Positions 1 to 12,081 are shown, numbered from the stretch's first letter. The stretch is DNA of 64,000 nucleotides from Octopus bimaculoides (GCF_001194135.2 NC_068997.1:7011412-7075411), one strand, 5' to 3'. Numbers and translations: made by a program. Notes: generated by a model from the letters alone, not told the origin.

Positions 1-222
1 GTGAGGGAAAATCATCGAATCACCATCTGTGAGTTATCAGAGGATGTGTAGGTTAGTTATGGTTCAGTTCAGTCCATTATCACTGAAGATTTGGGTATGA
101 GACGCGTGCCTTCCAAGTTTGTGCCAAAACTGCTTTCAGTTGACCAAAAAGACACACGGGTTTTTGTTGCACAAGATCTCCTTGACTGTGTCGAGAATGA
201 TGGAAATTTTTTGAAAACTTTG
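1..222 (+). mobile_element. Mariner (Tc1/mariner) transposase middle fragment, decayed, truncated by window edge
   Basis: Frame 1 reads VRENHRITICELSEDV*VSYGSVQSIITEDLGMRRVPSKFVPKLLSVDQKDTRVFVAQDLLDCVENDGNFLKTL: second HTH plus the WVP(R/K)xL-type linker motif of mariner transposases; one in-frame stop. Confidence 0.9.
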
Positions 223-493
223 CATAGGCCTCTGAGCAGGTATCGCCAAGCTTTTGGCAAAATTTGATGCAAATTCTCTGCTCAACTTTCTTTGTCATGG
301 TCAATACAACGATTACATGCAACACACCTTTCTTCCAAGCACTGCTGTAAACAGTGGAGGTGAGCTAAAAACGTTAAAACTTAGTGCACATGCACAGCAG
401 AGTTCAGAGTCAATTTGTGCCAAGCGGCTTTACTCTGTGTACTTCAGTTTCGTTACTATGGCAACAGTTCGGATACTAATTGATCAGCCATAA
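223..493 (-). mobile_element. Mariner 5' end (TIR, 5' UTR, transposase N-terminus) in inverted orientation
   Basis: Minus strand reads MTKKVEQRICIKFCQKLGDTCSEAYAK (mariner N-terminal HTH start). It is preceded by the TIR-like TA-TGGCTGATCAATTAGTATCCGAACTGTTGCCATAG at about 493-455. Confidence 0.8.
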
Positions 494-514
494 AACCACA
501 TCAAAAACACCACA

Positions 515-520
<6 letters not shown>

Positions 521-557
<37 letters not shown>
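521..557. repeat. (CA)n microsatellite (representative of dozens of CA/TA/GA/ATT/CAT tracts in the window)
   Basis: Directly visible. Confidence 0.98.
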
Positions 558-559
<2 letters not shown>

Positions 560-2109
560 CAGGAAGTTATTAAACATTTTGACATTTTAAAGATAGCTTA
601 TTTTATCTTTTAATACTAAAAGATTTAGAAGCTTTGGAGAAAAACTAAGATAATTACTGCTATTTAGTTAGCAAATTTTTTTTTTTGTTCCGTTTTATAT
701 TACAATATTTTGAAATCGGTTTTTGTATTTATTTGAAACGTTACATTTAACTAAACATGAGAGCTAATGGCTGCATTTCCTAGGAAACACTTCCAATTTC
801 AAGGTAATTATTTCCAAGCAGAAATAAACCACAAGTTCACAAAGAATAAAATGGTACATTTTTATAAAATTTAGAATGGTAAAGAAGTTCCAATTCAAAT
901 ATTGTAGAGCATCAGAATCTAATTCATTAATGATTCTGTCCTCAACACCTGTTAAAATAATTACTTCTTACACATATACAATACCACAGATTCATAAGGA
1001 TTTCAAGTCAAACAGATCAACAATTGTTCAGGACTTATTCTATCGACCCTGAAGAAATGAAGAGTTGAAGTAATCTGTTTGGGATTTGAACCTAGAGAAT
1101 GTAAGAACAACATTCAATATTATAAAGCATTTGGTGCCATGTTGTGCCATCCTTGCCACACACTCAAGACCTCAGGTTTTTAGGATGAATGTGACTTGTA
1201 ACATTCAAGTTCTTTTATAAAGACATCAGTGAAAGTCATCAATTAATAGTGTCTTTCTCTTAGCATGTAATTATCTCTAATTAACATTAATTTAACTATT
1301 GTTTTTCATGTGCATAGCAACTTGAGTAATTCATTCTCTCATCCTTAACAAATACACTCAACAAATTCATTGAGTACACTGAAACTATGCTTCATTGAAG
1401 AGATCTAATAAGGTTGGAAGAGCTGGAATAATTAAAATAATATTAGTCATTGATTACAATTATTCTTTATTCACAATATTTTTACTAACCAAAAGAGGGT
1501 TTGAAGAGTGAATAGTACATACAACAGGAATTGAAACTAAGCAGCATATATGACCCCCCCCCTCACATCCTCCATCACAATTTTTCCCATTGTAATGATT
1601 TTCTTTTGACTAATCTCAAGCCTAAATTTTAATGCCATATTCAATTGTAATGACTCCAGTTACTTAACGATAATTATATTTTAGTTTCCAGGGTCAGAAA
1701 AAAATATCAACTCAGAATGTAGCAAATATGAAATTAAAATGCTTATTTTAATTCCATATTCTACTGATGCTCATCAGCTCAAAGACTTCTGAATATAATA
1801 AAGCAAAATCTTTAATAAATTGGATAAATATGTGTAATAATGTGAAGATGATATTCTTGAAGACATCACTTATCTCAATAATGAAAACATACTTAGGTAC
1901 TATATTTTGTTTTGCTAGTTTTACCAATTCACAAGAAAAGGAAAATAATTGAGGAAAAAGTGTTTAAAGAGAAAAAAAGATTGAAAAGAAACAATGGTTT
2001 TAAATCATTTTAGAAAGTAATTGGGTTTCTTCATTTCTTGTTTTCATTTCCTTTTTGATTCATCCATTTTTTGATATAAAAGGATTTTCTTTGAGCAATG
2101 AAAAATATT

Positions 2110-2300
2110 CACAAATATTTCCACCAAATGCCTACCGAAAGAAATCAGAAATATAAAAGGGAACTCTACGGAAACATTAGAAAAAGAACATTGGATCAAA
2201 AGGATACCAGATCAGCCAACCATTTAAGGATTAGACTCAGGAAAGATCAGCTGCTACAAGTTCAATTCGAGACCAACTCCCAGCCATAAAGCAACAACAA
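2110..2300 (+). mobile_element. CR1/L2-group LINE ORF2 C-terminal fragment, decayed
   Basis: Reads CLPKEIRNIKGNSTETLEKEHWIKRIPDQPTI*GL, resembling the LPxxIRNxxxxSxxxFKxxLDxxLxxIPDQP terminus of CR1/L2-group LINEs. Confidence 0.6.
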
Positions 2301-3429
2301 AACTGAAAGAAAATAAAGGTGGTGCTCCAGCATGGCCACAGTCTTATGATTGAAACCATTCAAAGAATAAAAGAATGAAAATAATGTCATTACAATATTT
2401 TTAGAAGTGAGATAATACACAACACTCACTCCTTCGTAAAACCCGGTTTCAGTTCCAATCTAGAAATCCCAAAGTCTGGAAATTAGACTCAATACAACAA
2501 CAACAACAATAAACCAAAGTCAATGTAAATTGACCAACGTATGGAAATGTGAAATGGCTGAAGGAATGAGGTGTTTAACAACCAGTTTAAAGTTCAAAGT
2601 ACACAATAGATATTCTATTGAGTAGAAGAAGTATTTTTATGGAAAAATCATCTATGATAAACAACTGACAGCTATTAACCTAGTGAGGATTCCAGTCACA
2701 AGCATTGGGCCTCATTTCATTTAAGAAAATAAAAGCTTGGTGGCAGACTAGATCAGGATAACAAGATTAATGACCAGTGATAGATTTGAAAACTGACACT
2801 TGGTGGCTTCCAAGGCTAAACAAACTCTGTCATTCATATTGTTTATGCTGGTTGCCCTTCATTACACTAACACAGCTGTTACAGTGGTCAGCAGCAGTGG
2901 GACAGTCACTAGTACTAGAATAGTACATCATTAATGAGTCTTGTTAATTGCTACTTTAAATAGATGAGATAAAGAAACACATACCTCAAGATATGTATGT
3001 GTACACACACACAATGCAGAGAGATAAAGCAGGAATTTAAACAAGATAGATAGAAAGACATGTAAACAGATTAATGTGTTGACAAACTAAGACAAACCTA
3101 TATATAGATGTGTGTGTGTGTGTGTGCGCGCGCGCGCGCGTGTACACATAGCTGGGTCGGTAAGAAGACTACTTATCAATCACAAATTTGTGGATTCAAT
3201 CCCAATGACTGGCACTTTTGGCAAATGTATTCTTTATCCTCAATTCAATCTAAGTTTTGTGGCTGAAATTAGGTACACAGAAACTGTGTGGAAACCCAGA
3301 TAGATTATACCAGTAATTAAAACTCCCATCACATACACAATGTCACCACTGAGTGATTCAGTCAATGGAGTACTCAGCTACTGTCACACTACACAATCAA
3401 CAGGTAATTCTGCTAACCAATGAAACTGA

Positions 3430-3748
3430 TGCAAGATCGCCAATTATTCTTTCTTGAGTGGGTTCGATGGTTCTTCAATGCCTGTTGTGGTCTTTTGTTG
3501 TCTCCTTTCTTCAAGCTGGTCCCCTCAGAGATCAGCTTTCACCACTTCTTGTCTCTCTCTACAACAGATTCCTTCCATTTGCATTGTTCAAGTGTCATCT
3601 TTCATACACCAACACATGTCCAGTCCCCTCTCTTTCACACTAACATCTGATTCTGCTTACATCCAATCATTCCCTCACAAACGTTACATATCCAGTGGAC
3701 TGTGTTAGCCTATTTCTTTCCACCCTTCATCACACATCCTCTGCATTC
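3430..3748 (-). mobile_element. RTE LINE ORF C-terminal fragment (3' part), decayed
   Basis: Minus strand gives LNAEDV..VERN.. then MKDDT..MQMEGICCRERQEVVKADL, a degenerate form of the better preserved RTE terminus at 46545-46770. Confidence 0.7.
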
Positions 3749-4150
3749 AGGAGTGGCCGTGTGGTAAGTAGCTTGCTTATCAACCACATGGTTCCGGGTT
3801 CAGTCCCACTGCGTGGCACCTTGGGCAAGTGTCTTCTACTATAGCCTCGGGCCGACCAAAGCCTTGTGAGTGGATTTGGTAGACGGAAACTGAAAGAAGC
3901 CTGTCGTATATATGTATATATATGTATGTGTGTGTATATGTTTGCGTGTCTGTGTTTGTCCCCCGAACATTGCTTGACAACCGATGCTGGTGTGTTTACG
4001 TCCCCGTAACTTAGCGGTTCGGCAAAAGAGACCGATAGAATAAGTACTAGGCTTCCAAAGAATAAGTCCTGGGGTCGATTTGCTCGACTAAAGGTGGTGC
4101 TCCAGCATGGCCACAGTCAAATGACTGAAACAAGTAAAAGAGTAAAGAGT
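3749..4150 (+). mobile_element. tRNA-derived SINE family A, full length, inserted into the RTE fragment
   Basis: Head GGAGTGGCCGTGTGG (A box) and GGTTCAGTCCC (B box), central TA/TG tract, tail GTAAAAGAGTAAAGAGT. TSD ATTCAGG at 3745-3751 and 4151-4157. Confidence 0.92.
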
Positions 4151-4560
4151 ATTCAGGGGGACCATGCCTTGCTATCACACTTTGTACACAAGCATCATAC
4201 AATCTGCCATTCATTAAGCAGAATTTTTTCCCCACCCTATTCTTACTCTGGTAACTATGTTTTCAGAATGCCCAAATTAAACTCCCTAAATAAGGCAAGC
4301 TATCAACTCGTACATGTAAGAAACCCTATCAAGCATTTAATGGAATTCCTTTCACAGGTGTCCTTACTACTAGCTACTCCTGTGAATCTATTGCATATAA
4401 CATGTTTCTCTGTTAGTCACACTGTGATCCCACAGCATCTGTTGTGCACTAAATTAATCAATCTATCTCTTCTGTATGTTCATTTATCAAACTGTCAATA
4501 TCCTATTTTACCAATGTAACCAACAGCCAGTCAGGACATTTACTGAACAACCCATCCTCC
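4151..4560 (-). mobile_element. RTE LINE RT C-terminal fragment (5' part of the copy split by the SINE)
   Basis: Minus strand reads RVRIGWGK..LMNGRLYDACVQSVIARHG, matching the RTE-type R.R.AW.KF...GRLYDACVR..MLHGSETW motif; continues past the SINE at 3748. Confidence 0.75.
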
Positions 4561-5049
4561 GGCTAAGTATTCCAATTTAGCTAACAATCCATCAGCTATC
4601 GAGATTCATGCAACGTAAATGAGAAGTTACAAGCCATGCTGCAGCAACCACACTGGCCAATCTCTAGTTAAATGGCAAAACCTAAATATAGCATGTGATG
4701 ACTAATAAGATATCAATTGTGTTTAAATAGAATCAATTGATTGATTAATTAATTAATGATGGATTTAAGATTCCTTTTTAGCATCCTATTTAGATAATCT
4801 CAGACTTAAGTGTGAACCATGAAGGAAACCGAATGATTAACAAGAAAAAGAGAAAATACTTGAACTGGACAAAAAGTGGATGAAATAATTAGAAAAGTAG
4901 GAGGAAGGAAGAAGTGAACAACTGGATGACATCAGAGATATTAGATACGGAATGATATAGAGCTAACCTGCTAAACAGAATGGTAAAACTAGCAGGAAGC
5001 TTTTAAAGGTTTGACCAAAATCCAGCAAAGCAGGTTAATGAGAAGGCAA

Positions 5050-5512
5050 CAAGCATTAGATACTGTGGCATTCCGCCAGAGATATATTTGTTTTCATTTA
5101 CCTCTACCCACACTATCACATTAGCCAGAGGAATAAACACATAAGTCTATTTATAGAAATTTGACCATTCTTAGTATTCTTTCCTTCCCTTTTGTGGTTT
5201 AGAAAACCCCTTTTTCTGTACCCATCCCTTAATGCCATTCTAATACATCACCCCCCACCTCACACATATTCATTACCTACATTCTTATCCCTTCCTACCC
5301 TCCCCTACTCCTCTCCCATCCCCCCTCATAATATCTTGACCACCAACTAACACATTCTTTATTTTCTCTCCTTGTTACTTTCTGTGTTCCTTTCTGTGGA
5401 AGAGCGTAGGCTCGAAACGTTAAAGACTTTTTCACTTCCTGAGCATTACACTAATACATCTGTTTGTTGTCTACACCACCTGTCTTTGTCTTTTTGTGAA
5501 TTCTCCCCATAT
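5050..5512 (+). mobile_element. Penelope-like element end with degenerate hammerhead-like motif
   Basis: Pyrimidine-rich tract followed by TTTCTGTGGAAGAGCGTAGGCTCGAAACGTTAAAGAC (5391-5427); same downstream sequence recurs at 8606 and 51648 (-). Family assignment rests on the GAAGAG...CTCGAAAC signature. Confidence 0.5.
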
Positions 5513-5524
5513 ACATACATATAT

Positions 5525-6133
5525 ATATATATATCCGCTTGTGAAGACCTGTTGAGGCAAGTGAAATCGAAATCAAACTAAATTTGATGACTGACACCCA
5601 TGCTAACATCTCTTCGATTGGACACTAAAACTCGGCTTGCGAAGACCTGTTGGGGCAAGCGAAAGCGATATCGTGATGGCACCTGTGCCAGTGGAGCGCT
5701 AAGAGCACCGTCTGAGCATGATCGTTGCCAGAGCAGTTGTCTGGCTTCTGTGCCAGTGGCATGTGAATAGCACCATTTGAGCGTGATTGTTACCAGCATC
5801 ACCTTCCTAGCACTTGTGCCAGTGGCACGTGAAGAGACATTCGAGCGAGGTCGTTGCCAGTGCCGCAGGACTGGCTCCTGTGCAGGTGGCACGTAAAATA
5901 CACCATTTCGAGCGTGGCCATTGCCAGTACCGCCTGATTGGCCTTCATGCCAGTGGCAGATAAAAGCACCCACTACACTCTCAGAGTGGTTGGTGTTAGG
6001 AAGGGCATCCAGTTGTAGAAACTCTGCCAAATCAGATTGGAGCCTGGTGTAGCCATCTGGTTCACCAGTCCTCAGTCAAATCGTCCAACCCATGCTAGCA
6101 TGGAAAGCGGACGTTAAACGATGATGATGATGA
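5525..6133 (+). mobile_element. RTE LINE 3' UTR with about five tandem ~66-bp units and (GAT)n tail
   Basis: Starts with sequence that follows the RTE ORF at 52200-52228 (ATTGGACACTAAA..GCTTGCGA). Repeated GTGCCAGTGGCAC units, then TTAGGAAGGGCATCCAG, ending GGACGTTAAACGATGATGATG. Confidence 0.88.
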
Positions 6134-6542
6134 TACATATATATATATATATACATACATATATATACGTATATATATGCATATATATATATATATATAT
6201 ATGCACACACTACATGCATACTGTTTAAAATCATATCCGGGACGTGTGCGTGCATGCACCACACACATATACATATTTGTAAGTGTGTATATATAATACA
6301 TTAATGTTCTTTATGTTGTAATAAAAACAATTTTACATTAAACTGAAGGATTACTCAAAACATTTGGCAGAATACAAATTTATTATTCTTTAACAAGAAT
6401 TATTTTGACAGTGACTTCAAAGTTTTGTCCAGTTAAGCCATCATTGGATGACAGCTTAACTTGTCAAACCTTCAAACTCATTGTCATACTATTCTTGCTA
6501 AAGAATTATATACATACATACAAACACACACATATGTATGCG

Positions 6543-6586
<44 letters not shown>

Positions 6587-6589
6587 TAA

Positions 6590-6835
6590 CCAGCTCCCCG
6601 TTGGTTATGACATGGGTTTCAGCTGGTCCGATCAGCAGAATACCCTGCTCATTAAATTAACATGCAAGTGGCTGAGTACTCCACAGACACGTGTACCCTT
6701 AATGAAGTTCTCAGGGAGATTTGACATGACTCAATGTAACAAGGCCAGCCCTTTGGAATTACAGGTACAACTCATTTTTGCCAGCTGAATGGACTGGAGC
6801 AACATGAAATAAAGTGTCTTGCTCAAGGAAATAAC
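6590..6835 (-). mobile_element. SINE sharing its 3' domain with family B but with a different upstream body
   Basis: Reverse complement contains TTAAGGGTACACGTGTCTGTGGAGTACTCAGCCACTTGCATGTTAATTT, near-identical to 17826-17875; upstream part is CCTTGAGCAAGACACTTTATTTCATGTTGCTCCAGTCC instead. Confidence 0.75.
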
Positions 6836-7399
6836 ATGCCATCAAGTATAATTCTCATGAATATAAATGGTGTATACAATTCTAGCATTATTAAATTAAA
6901 ATAGCCATCTCTGGGTCATACTGAATGTGTAGACACTGTTAATAAGCTAGTTACTGCAGTATTTGTCCTGTGATGACATCTCTGATGGATGTTCCATGTT
7001 TAAAAACACAATATATATGAGAGGAAGGTAAGAATCATTTAGTGAGAACATTTAGTGAGAACACCAGATGCACTTCAGCCTAATTGAACCTCATCAATAG
7101 CATGTACCCACAGCTAACCATATACTTAGATTTTTATTCGGCCAGGCAGATATTTGCAATACTAATGAATGTCTTATTCCCTCTTTCCTTTCCGTATTGA
7201 AGGTAGTAGTTCTCATCTCAGCTTGTGGCTGACTGCAAATACAGACCAATGATAAGGGACAACAAGACCAAAATGCATCTAAAGTCACTTTGTGCTGACT
7301 GAAAAATATAAACTCATGTCTATTTTCATGTATATTGAGTTCTATTCTTTGAGTTAATTCTCCCAAACTCTTCTCTCCACACACACACACACACACACA

Positions 7400-7442
<43 letters not shown>

Positions 7443-7616
7443 ACCCCACCATCGCTCGACAACTGATGTAGGTCTTTTTACGTCCCCCGTAACTTAGCGG
7501 TTCGGCAAAAGAAACCGACAGGATAAGTACTAGGCTTACAAAGAATAAGTCCTGGGGGCGATTTGTTCAAGCATGGCCGCAGTCAAGTGACTGAAACAAG
7601 TAAAAGAATAAAAGAA
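7400..7616 (+). mobile_element. SINE family A, 3' half
   Basis: CGTAACTTAGCGGTTCGGCAAAAGA..GATAAGTACTAGGCTTACAAAGAATAAGTCCTGGGG matches 4007-4075. Confidence 0.85.
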
Positions 7617-7654
7617 CATACACAATAAGTATATATATATATATATATATATAT

Positions 7655-8510
7655 NNNNNNNNNNNNNNNNNNNNNNNNNNNNNNNNNNNNNNNNNNNNNN
7701 NNNNNNNNNNNNNNNNNNNNNNNNNNNNNNNNNNNNNNNNNNNNNNNNNNNNNNNNNNNNNNNNNNNNNNNNNNNNNNNNNNNNNNNNNNNNNNNNNNNN
7801 NNNNNNNNNNNNNNNNNNNNNNNNNNNNNNNNNNNNNNNNNNNNNNNNNNNNNNNNNNNNNNNNNNNNNNNNNNNNNNNNNNNNNNNNNNNNNNNNNNNN
7901 NNNNNNNNNNNNNNNNNNNNNNNNNNNNNNNNNNNNNNNNNNNNNNNNNNNNNNNNNNNNNNNNNNNNNNNNNNNNNNNNNNNNNNNNNNNNNNNNNNNN
8001 NNNNNNNNNNNNNNNNNNNNNNNNNNNNNNNNNNNNNNNNNNNNNNNNNNNNNNNNNNNNNNNNNNNNNNNNNNNNNNNNNNNNNNNNNNNNNNNNNNNN
8101 NNNNNNNNNNNNNNNNNNNNNNNNNNNNNNNNNNNNNNNNNNNNNNNNNNNNNNNNNNNNNNNNNNNNNNNNNNNNNNNNNNNNNNNNNNNNNNNNNNNN
8201 NNNNNNNNNNNNNNNNNNNNNNNNNNNNNNNNNNNNNNNNNNNNNNNNNNNNNNNNNNNNNNNNNNNNNNNNNNNNNNNNNNNNNNNNNNNNNNNNNNNN
8301 NNNNNNNNNNNNNNNNNNNNNNNNNNNNNNNNNNNNNNNNNNNNNNNNNNNNNNNNNNNNNNNNNNNNNNNNNNNNNNNNNNNNNNNNNNNNNNNNNNNN
8401 NNNNNNNNNNNNNNNNNNNNNNNNNNNNNNNNNNNNNNNNNNNNNNNNNNNNNNNNNNNNNNNNNNNNNNNNNNNNNNNNNNNNNNNNNNNNNNNNNNNN
8501 NNNNNNNNNN
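7655..8510. other. Assembly gap (856 N) flanked by (TA)n
   Basis: Run of N. Confidence 1.
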
Positions 8511-8559
8511 TATATATATATATATATATATATTATTCGCCATGTTGGACCACTGAACT

Positions 8560-8728
8560 CAACACATTTTCTTTCACTCTCTCTCTATTTATTTCCTCTC
8601 ATTCCTTTCTGTCGAAGAGCATAAGCTTGAAACGTAAAAGACCTTTCTAATTTTCCTGAGCATCAAACTAATACACATGCTTGTTGTTAATACACCTATC
8701 TTCATCTTTGTTTTTCTATAAACTTGAA
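8560..8728 (+). mobile_element. Penelope-like element end, second copy
   Basis: CTTTCTGTCGAAGAGCATAAGCTTGAAACGTAAAAGACC followed by CCTGAGCATCAAACTAATACAC, homologous to 5391-5500. Confidence 0.5.
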
Positions 8729-11140
8729 CAACACACACACACACACAATCAGTGAGGTAATTTAGCAGTTACATAAAGGAGACAACATCTCGACTTATGA
8801 ACATTAAAAAAAAACTTAATTGTGAAATATGATTTCGTGTTTTAAGACTGCATGTACCCACACCGATACACATACACACACATACATGCATGCACGCACA
8901 CACACACACACAAACAAACAAAACATATTTGCACATAATATAAACAGAGCACCATTATCATGGTAGACAACCTCGGAAATAGTTTAGAGAATTGCCTTTA
9001 ATAGAAGAGAGGCCATGCCATCTGGTTGGTGCTCAGAATGTCTGTTCGGGAAATTACTCATAAGATGCCACTGCAGCACTTTAAGCCCCAGGAGATAACA
9101 AGCATTCTTAGTGCAGCTCTCTGTCTCCTTACCCTTACCCTCTTTTCATGCTGGCATAAATTACACACACACACACACACACACTTTAGGGGAAATACCA
9201 AAAAGTAGCAAAGTTTGACACAGAAAGCCTAAAGATTTTTGAGACACAAATTTTAAAATATTTATATTTAAACATTGACAACATTAATCAACATCCAGAA
9301 AATATGTTTGAAAAGCAAGAGATGTGTAGGCTGGTCGTGATATACTTTGTCCAAATTTCATTTCTTCTCTTTCAAAACAAAAGAGATGGTTTATTATAAC
9401 CACCACCACCACCACCACCAGTAGCAGCAGCATCACAACACTTGGTCTAAAAGAAATACTAACCTTAATTCAAACAATGTTATTGTTTATACCATTTCTT
9501 TTCAATTTTTTTTTCCTTGCCTTTAAAAGGCAGAGATACTCATTTTTGGCTAAAATCAACAATTTGTATTATAGCACCACACCATTACCAGTCTTTGCAC
9601 AACAAAAGAAATATTTTAAGTAAATGAAAAAAGAAACAAAGAAAAATATATATATATACCATCTGACATTTTGTGAGTGGAGAATAGGAAGCAAACTATA
9701 AAAGGAAATGCTTGGCATTTTGAAAGTTGTGTCAGTTACTTTGCACCAACAACAATTAAACAGGAAAGACAAAGCGGAATTCGTTTGGTTCAAACATGGT
9801 AACTGCAGTGATAAGTGTAAGGAGAGGAGATTCTGAAAGGTACAGAGAGAAGATGAAGCAGCAGATTGCATTTCCTTATCAAAATTTCTATCAAAGATTG
9901 TTATGCAGAAAGATAAGATCCCATCACCTGAACTTGCATGGTGGTAGCGATTGTTGTTGTTGTTGTTGTTGTTATTGGAATGGTGAATAGCAAAACTGGT
10001 AGAGAATGCCTTGTATTTAGTTATCTCCCTTTATATTCCAAATTCAATTAGTGCTAGTATTGATTCAGCTTGTTACTCCGTCTGAGGTCAATACAATCAA
10101 GGACTAGGGTTACTCAAGTCAATGAGACTCTCTCCCCAAATTTCTGGCGCTGTGTCTTTTTGAAAATTACTACCATTATTATCATTCTATAAGGTGGCAA
10201 GCTTAACATTCTGAGTTCAAATTCCATCGAGATAAACTTTGATACAGTCACTTAATAAAACATTTTGTGGCAATCATCAGCTTCACAGATTTTAGTGTAA
10301 TTCAATGATGATGATGATGACGATGATGAGAAAATTCCAAGAGGAAGATCACCATCTAGGACCAATCGAGGATCTCCATTTACCCAGTATTACTCTAACT
10401 GGACTGTAAGTGCACTTTCCCAGCTGTATTTCCTGACCTACAGGCACTTACTGAATGTAGGCCCATCCACTCAAGTTAATAATAATGATGATTTCAATTG
10501 ATTAGACCGATTCTTAAAGGAAAGCAGGTACAAGGAATTGCAATCAACCTATGTATATTGAAAATATATTTCTTTATTGAGCCCCGCTCTCCTGTGCAGA
10601 GAGATAAAAAAAAAAAAAGTCAAAGTTAATGCTACAAATATTAAACACAGAATATTTAGAGGCAAACCCAAACATTACGAAGTATTTAATTTGGCATTCT
10701 ACCATTCTGCTATCTTCACCACACAAATAAGAATAACAAGAACATCAGCAGAAGTAATTAGGGCAAGTCCAGAAATTATTTTGCAAAACTTTAAGCAGAA
10801 GCTAAAAAGATTTTTAAGGAAAAATAATAACATTGTGAATAAGATTTTCCTTGTTGTGTAAATATATAAATAACCGTGAAAAAAATGCCCTTTTTTTTAA
10901 TTTGCTTTTTTTAGTGACGTGCAAACACACATGTTGAATAATAGAATTATCTGGAATAAAAGACAACCTACCCAAGAAGATATTCGTAATTCACTCTGTT
11001 TGGAATAGAAAAAGTTAAGAGAAAAAAAAAAAGAAAAAAAACAGGAAAAATAAGAGAAAATCTATAAATTAGATTAATAGAATAAAACCAGATGAAAATT
11101 ACGTAAAACACACATAAACACGTGCATCTGTATGTGTATG

Positions 11141-11171
<31 letters not shown>

Positions 11172-11624
11172 TATATACACACACATATATATATATATAT
11201 GACTAATTTGGATATACAAATGAGGAAAAAGCAGAGTTTATTTACTCATTTAGTTGAAGTGATATGTAAACAAATTTAATATGAAGAAAAAATGTGATAG
11301 CCTCCATGCATTTGTTTACTCACAGACACAAGTTAGTATAAATCCACACCCAAGAACTTAGAGAAATGGAGTGAGAGGGAGACAGAGATATAAAAATACA
11401 TATACAAATACATGTTTGTATGTGTGTGTGTGTGTGGGGGGAGTCTGTGTGTCTATAGAGATTCCTGGAGCAAGCAATACACAGTGCCCTTGGCCAAGGC
11501 ATGTCATTTCATGTCCCAGCAGGAAATGAGTACCAGCCAGGTGCCGGCGCAGCTGTCATATTCTAACTATTAGCTGGGAGTGGAAGAGCCATCATTCATA
11601 CATGCATATGTGTGCACACACTAC

Positions 11625-11731
11625 AAACATATATAGAGAGGGGAGGAGAGAGTGACAGGGGTAGTAATGTAGATAAACATATATAGAGAGGGGAGGAGAG
11701 AGTGACAGGGGTAGTAATGTAGATAAACATA
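11625..11731. repeat. Perfect 50-bp tandem duplication
   Basis: AAACATATATAGAGAGGGGAGGAGAGAGTGACAGGGGTAGTAATGTAGAT occurs at 11625-11674 and 11675-11724, then a partial third start. Confidence 0.95.
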
Positions 11732-12081
11732 GTTAAGCTTGAAACTATGTCTGTTGTATGGATTTTGTTTATGCTACAATATGGTATATAAATGTCAGGT
11801 CATGACTCCTCATTTCCACAAGTATCTACACTGGGGGTACAATTGCTAGTGCTCAATCCACAATCCTACAATTGAAACCACAAAAAAATAAGCAACCTGC
11901 TTTTGCCAGGCTTCTCTTGAAAAGGGGAGCTGGACTTACTGTAATACCTTTATGTGACCAGTCAACCAGTTACTGTGACTTTTGCATATGTGACTTTTGC
12001 ATATAACACCTGCAAATTATGATTATGTAACTCTTAGCTTCCTGAAACAGCTGTTGAGTTTAAGACATTACATAATTTCTT

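Noticed and set aside
3749-3830. SINE heads (families A, B, C) as tRNA genes
   Set aside because: A/B boxes are present but each continues into a common dispersed body with TSDs; no complete cloverleaf.
5670-5970. Tandem ~66-bp units as a CRISPR-like array
   Set aside because: Whole units are mutually similar with no unique spacers, no cas genes are present, and the array is part of an RTE 3' UTR.
5578-6030. 150-aa and similar GC-richer ORFs (18309, 21718, 42312, 46190)
   Set aside because: Antisense or sense read-through of the non-coding RTE UTR repeat.
7536-8543. Long ORFs of 162-335 aa here and at 24107-25046
   Set aside because: They run through N gaps; almost all residues are X.
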